Source: Candidatus Levyibacteriota bacterium
GTDB lineage: Bacteria; Patescibacteriota; Microgenomatia; Levybacterales; GWA1-39-11
Length of the DNA stretch: 64,000 nucleotides
Assembly (NCBI GenBank): GCA_036788695.1
Contig: DAIQMY010000005.1
Span: 5,190-69,189 of the forward strand
Direction: 5' to 3'
The notes beneath the pieces were generated by a model. The model saw only the letters and a program-made list of their open reading frames with translations. It was not told the origin of the DNA and did not search any database. The number at the start of each line of letters is the position of its first letter. Positions within the stretch are counted from its first letter, which is position 1. Positions 32,107 to 41,886 of the stretch are shown in pieces. Both the position numbers and the translations under genes were made by a program.

Positions 32107-33423
32107 TTATTTGTGTTTAATATACTTAACAGCAAGAAGCTGGATCGTTTCACCTGCAACAATTACAGTTCCTAAAATTATAAGAACAGAATTAACACCT
32201 AAGGTGTCCGCAAGACCTCCTACTAATACAATCGGCAAAAACGAAAAAAGTCCTGTTACTGCAAACAACAAGCCGTAAATTTTACTTCTAAAATTGTCAG
32301 GTATTTTTTCTTGAATTGTTGTTTGCGCAGGAATAAATATTAAAGCATTCCCTACGCCCGCAAAAAAAGCTAAAAACACAACCATATGAAGAGCTGTGAT
32401 TTCTAAATATGATGGCAAAGCTAAGTTAAGAGTAGTTATGAAATCTCTAGATGTAACTCTTGACATGAGTGGAAGAAGCAATAAAATAATTCCGGAAACA
32501 AAAACTCCTGTATTCATAAGTTTTGCTCTATTTGCTTTCTTGAAAACAGAGCCCACAATAAATGCTGACACAATCATTCCAAACGCTGCTGGAGCAAACA
32601 GAAGCAAAGACACATTCTCAACTTGAACCTTTAAAATCTCTTTCGCATACCCAGGAACGATAACCGCCAATATCATAATCACCACTTGGGATAAAATCAG
32701 TAAAACAAAGGAAAAAGCAACACCCGCTGTTTCGTGAAGAATTTTATACGTATTCACAAGATATGATCGTAAGGTCTCCTCCACCTCAACGACAATTCGC
32801 TTTCTTACAGTTTTGCCTCCTTGAAAGGCTGAGTAGGGAATGAGATATGCAAACAAGCCAGCCAAAAGAAAAAGTATTGCCACTACAAGAAAAACGTATG
32901 CATGTCCCAAAAACAATAAAGCTGGCCCTGCCACAACATACCCTATAAGAATTGAACCAAAAAGGGCAAGTCCAAACAAGGAATTTGCTGGTACCAATAA
33001 TTTCTCAGGAACAATATGAGGGATAACGGGTGTTTCAGCAGGAAGATAGAATTGTGTCACAATAGATATGAGAAGTGCCAATGCATAAACTGCTGCAAGT
33101 GAATCATTGAAAAAAAATAATGGAAGAACAAAAAATGCACGCCCTAAATTCCCAAAAACCAATATTTTCTTCTTATTTCGAGTATCAGCTACTATTCCAC
33201 CTATAAAGCTTAAGAAAACCTGTGGAATTAAAGATATAAGAAGAATCATAGAGACAAGGAAGTTTGAAGAAGTTAGATTAAAAACCACAAAGATTAAAAC
33301 TACATTCATCATGTTAAATGCCACTTGTGAAAAAACGACAGAAAGAAGAAAATACGCATACGGTCTGTCTAAAAGCAATTTAACAAAATCGTGAGTGGAA
33401 ATTTTTAGCAATACGCTTTTCAT
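32107..33423 (-). CDS. MFS transporter
   Basis: About 12 TM segments with an MFS-like loop (GGIVADTRNKKK). Confidence 0.6.
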   Translation of the reverse strand: MKSVLLKISTHDFVKLLLDRPYAYFLLSVVFSQVAFNMMNVVLIFVVFNLTSSNFLVSMILLISLIPQVFLSFIGGIVADTRNKKKILVFGNLGRAFFVLPLFFFNDSLAAVYALALLISIVTQFYLPAETPVIPHIVPEKLLVPANSLFGLALFGSILIGYVVAGPALLFLGHAYVFLVVAILFLLAGLFAYLIPYSAFQGGKTVRKRIVVEVEETLRSYLVNTYKILHETAGVAFSFVLLILSQVVIMILAVIVPGYAKEILKVQVENVSLLLFAPAAFGMIVSAFIVGSVFKKANRAKLMNTGVFVSGIILLLLPLMSRVTSRDFITTLNLALPSYLEITALHMVVFLAFFAGVGNALIFIPAQTTIQEKIPDNFRSKIYGLLFAVTGLFSFLPIVLVGGLADTLGVNSVLIILGTVIVAGETIQLLAVKYIKHK

Positions 33424-33475
33424 ATCACTCTGACATTATACCGCAAGTAACAAGCGTTTAAGAAGGGAGTTTATG

Positions 33476-34027
33476 TTATGCGCGTTTTGTGTATGACCCA
33501 TCTCTTGTATCAACCACGATTGAATCTCCGATATTTATAAAAAGCGGGACACGGGTTCTTATTCCGTTTTCTAAAACTGCATCTTTGTACATATTAGATG
33601 CACTATTTCCCTTCACTCCTGGATCAGTCTCTGAAACCTTCAGGGTAATTTTAGGAGGCAAAACAACACCCAATACTTCATCTCCATAAAATTCTAAGGT
33701 AGCATTTGACCCCTCCTGAAGATATTCTGAACCATCTAAAACGTCTAAGGGGGAAGTAACTTGCTCAAATGTATTAGGATTCATGAAAAACGCGCTTTCC
33801 CCATCTTTATAAAGGTATTGATACTCTTTCTTATCAACCGATACTGCGTTTACTTGTGCTCCATTCGTAAATCCTTTTTCAACGACTGCACCTGAACGCA
33901 CATTTCTTAACTTTACTTTAATGGTCGCACTTCCCCGACCCATCTTAATGTGTTCATATGACAAGACGCGAAATAAATTTCCATCTTCCTCAAACGTGGC
34001 GCCAGCCTTCAATTCTTGTACTACCAT
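33476..34027 (-). CDS. efp: translation elongation factor P (Arg-type loop)
   Basis: It aligns with E. coli EF-P throughout. The loop KMGRGSATIKVKLRN carries Arg where E. coli has Lys34. Confidence 0.85.
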   Translation of the reverse strand: MVVQELKAGATFEEDGNLFRVLSYEHIKMGRGSATIKVKLRNVRSGAVVEKGFTNGAQVNAVSVDKKEYQYLYKDGESAFFMNPNTFEQVTSPLDVLDGSEYLQEGSNATLEFYGDEVLGVVLPPKITLKVSETDPGVKGNSASNMYKDAVLENGIRTRVPLFINIGDSIVVDTRDGSYTKRA

Positions 34028-34073
34028 AGGTACATATTATACAAACTGTGAAGGGGAATTGAAAGGGTGATAC

Positions 34074-34361
34074 TTATCCTGGGTACTGAGTACGTTTTTT
34101 ATCACTTACAAATCTAATGTAAGCCTCTCTAGGATCTACACCACCCGCTCTTATCTTATCAATCAACATGTCTAAATCGGCAGAGACTGCAACAACCTTT
34201 TCTCCGTATACACCTATAAACGTATTAGGATTTGTTTTTATAATATCTCTCAAGATGTCTTGCGTGTAAAAAGTATCTTTTTTATACTGATCCCTTCCCC
34301 GTCTAAATTCAGCGGTCATAGGTGAGATAGATAATGAAGACTCAAATTCACGATTTGCCAT
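34074..34361 (-). CDS. hypothetical protein (95 aa)
   Basis: An ORF between pepN and efp that overlaps the pepN stop by 14 bp. No motif. Confidence 0.3.
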   Translation of the reverse strand: MANREFESSLSISPMTAEFRRGRDQYKKDTFYTQDILRDIIKTNPNTFIGVYGEKVVAVSADLDMLIDKIRAGGVDPREAYIRFVSDKKRTQYPG

Positions 34362-36915
34362 AATTTTTCAAAAAGCTCTGAATTGATTTCCCATCACGTC
34401 TTAACCATTCAGCATTACTTCTGATCTGTTCAGTTACCTGAGCAATGGTGCGCTCTAACCCTTTTGATTCGTGCGCTTTAAAAAATTCTTCTATTTCTTG
34501 CGCTTTTTTATTTGTAGTAAAATTAGCAAATGGTTTTATAAATCTACTATATAAATGGCCGCCACCATACTTCTCAACAATATCCTCCCACTCTTTTTGC
34601 ACTTTTTTAAATGCCAAATTACGTCCGTAAGGATTTGCACAGATAAACGCGACAACTTTGAATGAATCTTGTGCCTTTACTTCTTCAGAAAACGCGAACT
34701 GTAATGTTTTTTCTAACAAATGTTTGTCCCTAAAAACACATAATGAACGGAGCAATCTATCTTTTTCCTCCTGAAAAGTTTCTTTTTTATACCTTTCCAA
34801 AAGAATATCAAATTCTCTTTCTCCACCATTCTCTGCAACTAATATGTACACTAATCCTCTAATGTCTGAGTGGATTTTTGCAACATCTTTCCTAAAAAGT
34901 TCCTTCGCCTTCTTAATAGTATCTTCATCCCCATTTCTTCCAAGAGTTCCCAACACAATACTTCTTAGAAGTGTTGTCTCATGACTTTCTGCGTTTTTCT
35001 TATCCCAACCTATTTTCCGACCGATTGGCGTAAATAAAGACACTATATAATTCTGAAACTTGCCATATTCTTCAGTGCCAAAGAGTATGTTTTTAACTCT
35101 TGATACCTCTGATGCTATTTGTGACCACACTATATAGCTCTCATCGTTTTTAAATGCCAACGCAAGTCCTAAAGCATCATGCGTAGAAGCATATCCTGCT
35201 TCAGAAAGTACAAATGCATCACGTATGACTCCAAATCTGTCCTGTTCAGATAATCTCTTATCAAGTTTTTCAATAGGACTAATCAGTTCTGCTAAAAGTG
35301 AACTTGAATATTTTACGCGTATAAATGATGTTTCATTTTTATTTACCTTAAGCCATTTCATGGGCTTACATTTATAGGTGAGTTTTTTCTTTTCTAACAA
35401 TACATGTTCTTGCTTTTTCATGGCATCAGACAAGATACCTAAAGGTACCATCCAGGAAGTTGTGTCATGTGTTTTCTGGGAATCAACACTCGAGAAAAAT
35501 CTATCCTGAGACAACTGTAGCATGTCCTTCTTTCTCTCAACTGTTATAAGTGGGTATCCTGGTTTTTTTGTCCAATTCTGCATAATTTTTAAAACATTTT
35601 TCCCAGATGTTTTCCCAAGTGAGTCCCAAAGGTCTTCTGTTTTTGCATTAGCATATGAATGTTTTGTTAAGTAAGAATGCAATCCAACTCTAAAATTTTT
35701 TTCACCCAAATATTCAGCAAGCATTCGAATAACTGATGCTCCCTTAGAATAAGATACTTCATCAAAAATTTCGGAAATTTCCATAGGATGATGAACATCA
35801 ACCTCTATTGCGTGAGTGTTTTTAAGACTGTCAAGTTCTAAAGCGCGAGCGTGATCCATATAAACAAACTGTGTCCAAATATTCCAATCTGGAAACAAGC
35901 TATTTACAGCTACATACTCCATGTAAGAAGCGAATCCTTCATTGAGCCACAGATGTGTCCACCACTCCATAGTTACCAAGTTTCCAAACCATTGATGAGC
36001 CAGTTCGTGAGCAATAACTAAAGCTACCCACTGCTTGTTATGCGTTGATGTACTTTCAGGATCTACTAAAAGTGCGGTTTCCCGATATGTTACAGCTCCC
36101 CAATTTTCCATAGCACCGGCAGCAAAATCAGGGATAGCAATTAAATCCAGTGTTTTAAGAGGATATTGTATGTGAAAGTAATTTGTATAAAATTCTAAGC
36201 ATTTTATAGCAGTAGTAAGCGCAAATTCAGCTTGCCTTTTCTTTCCCGGTGTGACAAATACCCTGACACATACTTTATCTTTTGTTTCCCCTTGAATATA
36301 CTCAAAGTGTCCTACAATAAATGCAAGCAAATAAGATGACATTTTAGGACTTTCTGAAAAACGAATTATTTTGTATCCGCCTTTGTGCTCCACTATCTCC
36401 TCTTCCAGTGTATTTGAGATTGCCGTTCTATCCTCTGGTATTTTAAGACTTAATTCAAAAATTGCTTTTTGGGACGGTTCATCAAAGCAGGGAAATGCAC
36501 GCCTTGCATCTGTAGACTCAAATTGCGTAACCCCCATGTGGTATGTTTTTCCTTCAACTATATACTTACTCCTATAAAATCCTCGCATCTTATCATTTAA
36601 AATTCCGGAAAAAATAATTTTTAAAGTAGCAGAACCCTTTTTAATTGACTTTTTAAATGTGAAACTTACCTCTTCGTTGGATTTTTTATATTTTGTTCTT
36701 CCAGTCTGCTCTATCCCATTTTGAATAATTTGAACAGATACTATTTCAATATCTACCGCGTGAAGTCGTATTTGAGTAGTTTCTTTATCTATCTGTAGAT
36801 CTATTTTCTCCTCACCTGTAAAGATAAAGTTTTCTAAATCTGGTTCTAGGTAAATGGTGTATCTGACCGGAGACACATAAACAGGAAGACGAACGTCTTT
36901 TTTATTTGCAGCCAT
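34348..36915 (-). CDS. pepN: aminopeptidase N (M1 family zinc metallopeptidase)
   Basis: GAMENWG exopeptidase motif and HELAHQWFGN...LWLNEGFASY zinc-binding HEXXH-(18)-E. Confidence 0.85.
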   Translation of the reverse strand: MAANKKDVRLPVYVSPVRYTIYLEPDLENFIFTGEEKIDLQIDKETTQIRLHAVDIEIVSVQIIQNGIEQTGRTKYKKSNEEVSFTFKKSIKKGSATLKIIFSGILNDKMRGFYRSKYIVEGKTYHMGVTQFESTDARRAFPCFDEPSQKAIFELSLKIPEDRTAISNTLEEEIVEHKGGYKIIRFSESPKMSSYLLAFIVGHFEYIQGETKDKVCVRVFVTPGKKRQAEFALTTAIKCLEFYTNYFHIQYPLKTLDLIAIPDFAAGAMENWGAVTYRETALLVDPESTSTHNKQWVALVIAHELAHQWFGNLVTMEWWTHLWLNEGFASYMEYVAVNSLFPDWNIWTQFVYMDHARALELDSLKNTHAIEVDVHHPMEISEIFDEVSYSKGASVIRMLAEYLGEKNFRVGLHSYLTKHSYANAKTEDLWDSLGKTSGKNVLKIMQNWTKKPGYPLITVERKKDMLQLSQDRFFSSVDSQKTHDTTSWMVPLGILSDAMKKQEHVLLEKKKLTYKCKPMKWLKVNKNETSFIRVKYSSSLLAELISPIEKLDKRLSEQDRFGVIRDAFVLSEAGYASTHDALGLALAFKNDESYIVWSQIASEVSRVKNILFGTEEYGKFQNYIVSLFTPIGRKIGWDKKNAESHETTLLRSIVLGTLGRNGDEDTIKKAKELFRKDVAKIHSDIRGLVYILVAENGGEREFDILLERYKKETFQEEKDRLLRSLCVFRDKHLLEKTLQFAFSEEVKAQDSFKVVAFICANPYGRNLAFKKVQKEWEDIVEKYGGGHLYSRFIKPFANFTTNKKAQEIEEFFKAHESKGLERTIAQVTEQIRSNAEWLRRDGKSIQSFLKNYGKS

Positions 36916-36960
36916 GACTTACGAAAGTATATAATACAAAGACTTATACGTCAAACACTT

Positions 36961-37046
36961 GGGTGAGTGGCGGAATGGTATACGCGTTAGTCTCAAAAAC
37001 TAATGGGGGCAACTCCATGAGGGTTCGAGTCCCTCCTCACCCACCA
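36961..37046 (+). tRNA. tRNA-Leu (anticodon CAA), type II with long variable arm, CCA encoded
   Basis: Cloverleaf folded by hand: acceptor GGGTGAG/CTCACCC, anticodon stem TTAGT/ACTAA with loop CTCAAAA, T-arm GAGGG-TTCGAGT-CCCTC. Confidence 0.8.
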
Positions 37047-37048
37047 AA

Positions 37049-38047
37049 TTAAATACCTAGAAGGTGTTTCCCATAATCCCCTAGATATTTAGGAGATGAG
37101 ATTTGAGCAATCATTCTCATAACTTTGTTAGGCATTTCCTTTACTGGCAAGCTCAAATCCTGAAGTTTCTGGCTCACGCCAATCCTTACAGTACCCGGTT
37201 TATAGGGTATATTTTCACCAAACATGAATCTCGTAAGCTTGTCGTCTAGATTACCTACACGAGTACCCTCCCCGACCATGAGCATCTCAAGAATACTTTT
37301 CATTCCGGTTAAATTAAAACTCCTCGTATTTGGATCAAAATAATTTTCTGTACCTTCGATTGCTACCGGAAGAATTGTGGTAGGAATCTTACTTCTTATT
37401 TGAGCTAGGAGAACGCTATTGAAGCCCTTATCCATACGCTGCAATCCGTTTAAATTTCCTGTTTTTTGATTTATTTTTCCACCCATTGTGCTACCTTCAA
37501 TATGAACTGCTGAAAGTATACTATGATCTTTCATCGCTTTTTTTGTATAGGCTCCATTGCCTAGGGGTCTTTTCATCTTACGCTCGTTAACATCATTATC
37601 TGAGACCACAAAATCAGGTGTAACTTCACTTTTATTAAAAACTGGTTCTACTCCAAAATCCCATAAAGTCTTCATAAGTAAACCCTGATCTCCTGTCTTC
37701 ATTGATCCTGCAACCGTATAGACAACCTCATTAAACTCTCCCTCAAATTCTGACCGAATCTTATCAATTACACCAAGCGTTACCGCCCCATCAGCATGAC
37801 TTCTATGAGTTGCAATGATGAGAATTTTTTCCCCCTCAAGTCTTTTCTCGTGCATTTTTACTATATTATCTACCCCTTCCCATTCAAATAATCTTTCAGG
37901 GATATGCGTATACATCCTGTCAACCATAATGTGAATCATTTTTCTCCCAATACCTGAAGACAAAAATGAATCAAAGGCTTTCTGAGAAAATCTTTCTTCC
38001 TTACCTTGAAAACTTTTACTACCTGAGAGTGTCTCTATTGGTGCCAT
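37049..38047 (-). CDS. acyltransferase with PlsB/GPAT-type HRSHxD motif
   Basis: IIATHRSHADGAVTLGV matches acyltransferase motif I (HX4D, PlsB VPCHRSHMDYLLL). At 332 aa it is much shorter than PlsB. Confidence 0.4.
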   Translation of the reverse strand: MAPIETLSGSKSFQGKEERFSQKAFDSFLSSGIGRKMIHIMVDRMYTHIPERLFEWEGVDNIVKMHEKRLEGEKILIIATHRSHADGAVTLGVIDKIRSEFEGEFNEVVYTVAGSMKTGDQGLLMKTLWDFGVEPVFNKSEVTPDFVVSDNDVNERKMKRPLGNGAYTKKAMKDHSILSAVHIEGSTMGGKINQKTGNLNGLQRMDKGFNSVLLAQIRSKIPTTILPVAIEGTENYFDPNTRSFNLTGMKSILEMLMVGEGTRVGNLDDKLTRFMFGENIPYKPGTVRIGVSQKLQDLSLPVKEMPNKVMRMIAQISSPKYLGDYGKHLLGI

Positions 38048-38066
38048 TTTTTTGAATATTCGTTCT

Positions 38067-39068
38067 CTATCTTAAGTCAATAATGTCCAATATGTCTGGA
38101 CCTGTGGAAATTATATGAAATTTGGTAAAAAGTGGGTTTTTCTTTTTTATTTTAGCCTCGGTTTCACGAATAAAATTCTTTGCCTCTTGGGTTAATTTTC
38201 TAAATTCTGTAACGTTTTCATTTCCCGGGAAAAGTCTATCTATGCATGTTAAAACTGTATAGTCACCCGTATTTCTCGCAATTGCTTCAGCCGCCATTTC
38301 TATATTAAAATCTGATAATTTTCTCATCCGCCCTGAAACTGATCCTCTTTCTACTATTCCCATTTTATCCGCTTTTTTTTGAGTCCACGGCTTATATCTT
38401 GGGTCTTCTCCTACTCTTGAAACATACGCCTTAAATATAACCACCACATGATCAACTAATCTAGGTCCAATTCCAGTGTCAGCTGCAAATTGCGATGCAG
38501 TCGTATCCTGAGATGTAACATAAGGATAGTATCTATGATCCAATAATGATAATCCATATCCCTGAACCCCCTCTATAATAATGCGCTTCTTCTTTCCCGC
38601 TGCAGTATTTACTTCATCTGCTACATCTGTTAAAAATTCCTTGAGCCTTGGCTCATCTTTTGCAATTTTTGCATTTCTCATAATCCTTTCTACTCGCGCG
38701 GGGCCGACCCCAGTACCTACTGATCCAATTCTTTTTACCAACTCTGCTTCCTCCTGTATATGTCTTTTTTCAATAATAGTACAACCCTTATCAATAAATA
38801 TTCTGCCTGCAAGATTATATTCCTTAACTTCTTTCAAAAAGACCTCTGGTGAGATAAGTGTTCCACGAGCAATTAAAAGCCTAGACTTTGGATTTATTAA
38901 TCCTGAAGGAACTTGAGTAACTTTTACATCTGAAGTAACAGTATGTCCTGCTTGGGGTCCTGCTCCTGCGCGTACTACTATATCTGCCTTATCATGTATG
39001 GAAAGGTAGCCTACTATTTTACCCTTTCCTTCATCTCCGTAAAAACCGCCTGTAACTATTGTAATCAT
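38067..39068 (-). CDS. purA: adenylosuccinate synthetase, short (archaeal-type) form
   Basis: GDEGKGK, AGHTV, IGSVGTGVGPA, YYPYVTS, KAYVSRVG and ISTGPD all align with PurA motifs. It is about 333 aa versus about 430 aa for bacterial PurA. The ATG at 39068 is preferred. Confidence 0.75.
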   Translation of the reverse strand: MITIVTGGFYGDEGKGKIVGYLSIHDKADIVVRAGAGPQAGHTVTSDVKVTQVPSGLINPKSRLLIARGTLISPEVFLKEVKEYNLAGRIFIDKGCTIIEKRHIQEEAELVKRIGSVGTGVGPARVERIMRNAKIAKDEPRLKEFLTDVADEVNTAAGKKKRIIIEGVQGYGLSLLDHRYYPYVTSQDTTASQFAADTGIGPRLVDHVVVIFKAYVSRVGEDPRYKPWTQKKADKMGIVERGSVSGRMRKLSDFNIEMAAEAIARNTGDYTVLTCIDRLFPGNENVTEFRKLTQEAKNFIRETEAKIKKKNPLFTKFHIISTGPDILDIIDLR

Positions 39069-39126
39069 TTCGTAAAAACAAACAGTAAAAAGAGTAACAG
39101 ATGGAAAAAAACTTTGCAATGGGGAA

Positions 39127-39813
39127 CTACTGAAGTGTAGTTACGGTAGGTGCTACTGTTGGGGACGGACTAATGAATGTACCCTGATAAATAAACTTAC
39201 GCTCTACCTGATCCTGATCTTGAGAAACGGTACTTTGAACTCTTAATTCAAAAGTAACATTTCCATTTGGTAAATTATAAATTGATGGTGAATTGGATGA
39301 ATATTCGGACCATGATCCACCATTAATTCGATACGACCAGACCACTGAACAATACATTTGGTCGTCATACTTTATAATAAAATTCACGGGATTATCCGTA
39401 ATTGTTGCGCCTTCTTTAGGATAAGAAATAGAAAGAGGTCCTATTTCTTTTTTGCAGGAAGATGCTGTAGGTATGACTGTTGCTGAATTATTCGTTCCAT
39501 TCAAGCCTGTATTCCCTACCTCCTCACGAATTATTACTGTTTGTGGAGTTGGTTGGGATGGCTTCTCCTGTACTTCTTTCTTGGAAGAATTCAATGAATT
39601 AACATTCAACAGAATAACTGTTAGAAGAACAGGGATCGAAAGCGCCGCAGTTATGAACTCAAGATAGTGTTTTCGCTCAGGTGCTTTCTGCAAAGAACGC
39701 AAGATTTTCGTAAATTTTCTACTCATGCCTCTTATTGTAACAAATTGAGGCGATAAATAAAAAGAAAATCCTATATTCGTGCGTTGCAATGTTATATTTC
39801 TAAGCTTACGCAT
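39127..39813 (-). CDS. membrane-anchored hypothetical protein with beta-rich C-terminal domain
   Basis: A single TM (ITAALSIPVLLTVILLNV) and a Ser/Thr/Pro-rich linker. No known motif. Confidence 0.35.
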   Translation of the reverse strand: MRKLRNITLQRTNIGFSFYLSPQFVTIRGMSRKFTKILRSLQKAPERKHYLEFITAALSIPVLLTVILLNVNSLNSSKKEVQEKPSQPTPQTVIIREEVGNTGLNGTNNSATVIPTASSCKKEIGPLSISYPKEGATITDNPVNFIIKYDDQMYCSVVWSYRINGGSWSEYSSNSPSIYNLPNGNVTFELRVQSTVSQDQDQVERKFIYQGTFISPSPTVAPTVTTLQ

Positions 39814-39865
39814 AGAAAGTATTGCGCTCGAAAAATAAATGTTACAATTCTAGGTATCTCTGAAT

Positions 39866-39936
39866 GGGCCGTTTGCATAGTGGTAATGCACCGCATTCGC
39901 ATTGCGGAAACGGGGGTTCGATTCCCCCACGGTCCA
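39866..39936 (+). tRNA. tRNA-Ala (anticodon CGC), no encoded CCA
   Basis: Acceptor GGGCCGT/ACGGTCC with a G3:U70 pair, anticodon stem CCGCA/TGCGG with loop TTCGCAT, T-arm GGGGG-TTCGATT-CCCCC and discriminator A. Confidence 0.7.
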
Positions 39937-39940
39937 CTTT

Positions 39941-41281
39941 CTAATTTTGAAGAGGTGGCGGGGTGTCTTCGCGGCTACCTTCTATATTATAGAATCTTAT
40001 TCTATCCCCTCTAAACAATAAGTCCTTTTCCCCAACCGGACCGTTTCTGTGTTTGGCTATATTTATAGAAACAATTCTTTGAGAAGAGAATTCTTCATCT
40101 TTTGTGTACAGAAACATAACCACGTCAGCATCCTGCTCGATCGCACCCGATTCACGAAGATCTGCAAGTTGTGGCTTACGCTCTCCTCTATGCTCCACTG
40201 CACGGGATAACTGAGAAACTGCAATGACAGGAACCTTAAGTTCACGCGCCAAATTTTTTAAATTTTGAGAAACGTATGATACTTCTTGTACACGATTCTC
40301 AAACCTCCTACCTGGATTCACTAACTGTAAATAGTCTACTATGAGTAGTTTTAAACCCGATTCAGCCTGTAATCGTCTTGCTTTTGTGCGTATTTCAGCA
40401 ATTGAAATTCCAGGTGTATCGTCGATAAATATTGGAGCCTCTGCAAGTTCGCCCATGGCTGTTGAGAGTTTTTCAAAATCATCTTCAGAAAGCCTTCCTG
40501 TCTTTAACCTCCAAGCATCTATATCTGACTGTGATACCAGAAGTCTATCAACAAGTTCTTCTTTGCTCATTTCTAAAGAAAATACTCCTACCGGAAGCTT
40601 TGAGTGAATAGTAATATGCTGTGCGATGTTTACAACAAATGCAGTTTTCCCTTGTCCGGGACGTGCCGCAAGAACTATTAAATTGGATGGTTGAAGTCCT
40701 GAAAGCAAAAAATCTAAATCAACAAACCCAGTCTCTACCCCACGAAAACGCCCGCCGTCTTTCTGAAGTTGATCAAGCCTATCAAAGCTCTCAGCAAGTG
40801 AATGTTTTATATGTATAAACCCTTGTTTTATTCGTTCCTGACTGATTTTAAAAACATCCTGCTCAACTTTATCAAGCACTTCAGGGGTTTCTCCCTCTTC
40901 AGAAAATGCCTGTTCAGTCATGTGCCCCGCAAGCGTAATAAGCCTTCTGCGTACGTATTTCTCTCTCAGTATGCCTGTATAATGTTCTATATTTGATGCT
41001 GTCGGAACTGCATTTACAAGCATCGTAAGGTATGACGCACCACCCACTTTTTCATACATTTTACGCGCCTTTAATTGGCTTGTTAGCGTTACTAAATCTA
41101 TAGGTTTTCTTGCTTCATACAACTCTACCATCGCCTGAAATATTTCAGAGTGGTTATCATCATAAAAATAGTCAGGCTTAATAAGTTCTGATCCTAATGT
41201 AGCTGCCTCTTTATCAATGAGAATACAACCTAATACGGCTTGCTCTGCGTCTGTGTCATGAGGCGGAATTCTTTGTGGCAT
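39941..41281 (-). CDS. dnaB: replicative DNA helicase
   Basis: LIVLAARPGQGKTAFVVN Walker A, a RecA-like C-terminal domain and the N-terminal DnaB domain. Confidence 0.85.
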   Translation of the reverse strand: MPQRIPPHDTDAEQAVLGCILIDKEAATLGSELIKPDYFYDDNHSEIFQAMVELYEARKPIDLVTLTSQLKARKMYEKVGGASYLTMLVNAVPTASNIEHYTGILREKYVRRRLITLAGHMTEQAFSEEGETPEVLDKVEQDVFKISQERIKQGFIHIKHSLAESFDRLDQLQKDGGRFRGVETGFVDLDFLLSGLQPSNLIVLAARPGQGKTAFVVNIAQHITIHSKLPVGVFSLEMSKEELVDRLLVSQSDIDAWRLKTGRLSEDDFEKLSTAMGELAEAPIFIDDTPGISIAEIRTKARRLQAESGLKLLIVDYLQLVNPGRRFENRVQEVSYVSQNLKNLARELKVPVIAVSQLSRAVEHRGERKPQLADLRESGAIEQDADVVMFLYTKDEEFSSQRIVSINIAKHRNGPVGEKDLLFRGDRIRFYNIEGSREDTPPPLQN

Positions 41282-41289
41282 GGTAAGGA

Positions 41290-41787
41290 CTAGCTTAAAA
41301 TAAATGTTTTCCCTAATATCTCTGCGGTTTTTCTAGTATTTACCTTTGTAGCAGTCTCTTGATTGTCTGATTTTATGGTAGCTAAAGCTACGTCTCCATA
41401 AATTACTATACACTTTGAATTGATAGGACCAAGAACATCATCTTTAAACTCACCAATAATTTTTACAATCACGCAATCAAACTCCTCGTCATCAGGAATT
41501 GAAGTAACACTAGCAGATGTTGCAAGAGCTATTCTACTCTGTTCATACACATAATAAAGTATCCCATCTTTTACTTCTTTACTTGTAATACCTACTCCAC
41601 CTACTTCATACTCTCCGGGGCCTGACACAATAAGTCTTGCACCAGATACTTTATCTATACTCAAACTGTCTTGTGGTTGCGTTATAAGAATTATCTCAGC
41701 GTCAACCTTCACCGTTGGGTCAACAACAATTGATGCGTTTTTTCCTTTTATCTTTATTGTAGAATCTGAAAGTTTTGAAATTTCCAT
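41290..41787 (-). CDS. hypothetical protein (possible degenerate MBL-fold, no HxHxDH)
   Basis: The N-terminus resembles UPF0173-type hydrolases (KGKNASIVVDP...ILITQP), but the metal ligands are absent. Confidence 0.25.
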   Translation of the reverse strand: MEISKLSDSTIKIKGKNASIVVDPTVKVDAEIILITQPQDSLSIDKVSGARLIVSGPGEYEVGGVGITSKEVKDGILYYVYEQSRIALATSASVTSIPDDEEFDCVIVKIIGEFKDDVLGPINSKCIVIYGDVALATIKSDNQETATKVNTRKTAEILGKTFILS

Positions 41788-41886
41788 TGGTTTTTCATAC
41801 TATCACAAAACTCACTTCCTTGACAAGTAATACAATTTGTCCTATCATAAAACCTCTGCGGAACAGATTCTCTCCTGCCATAAAAC

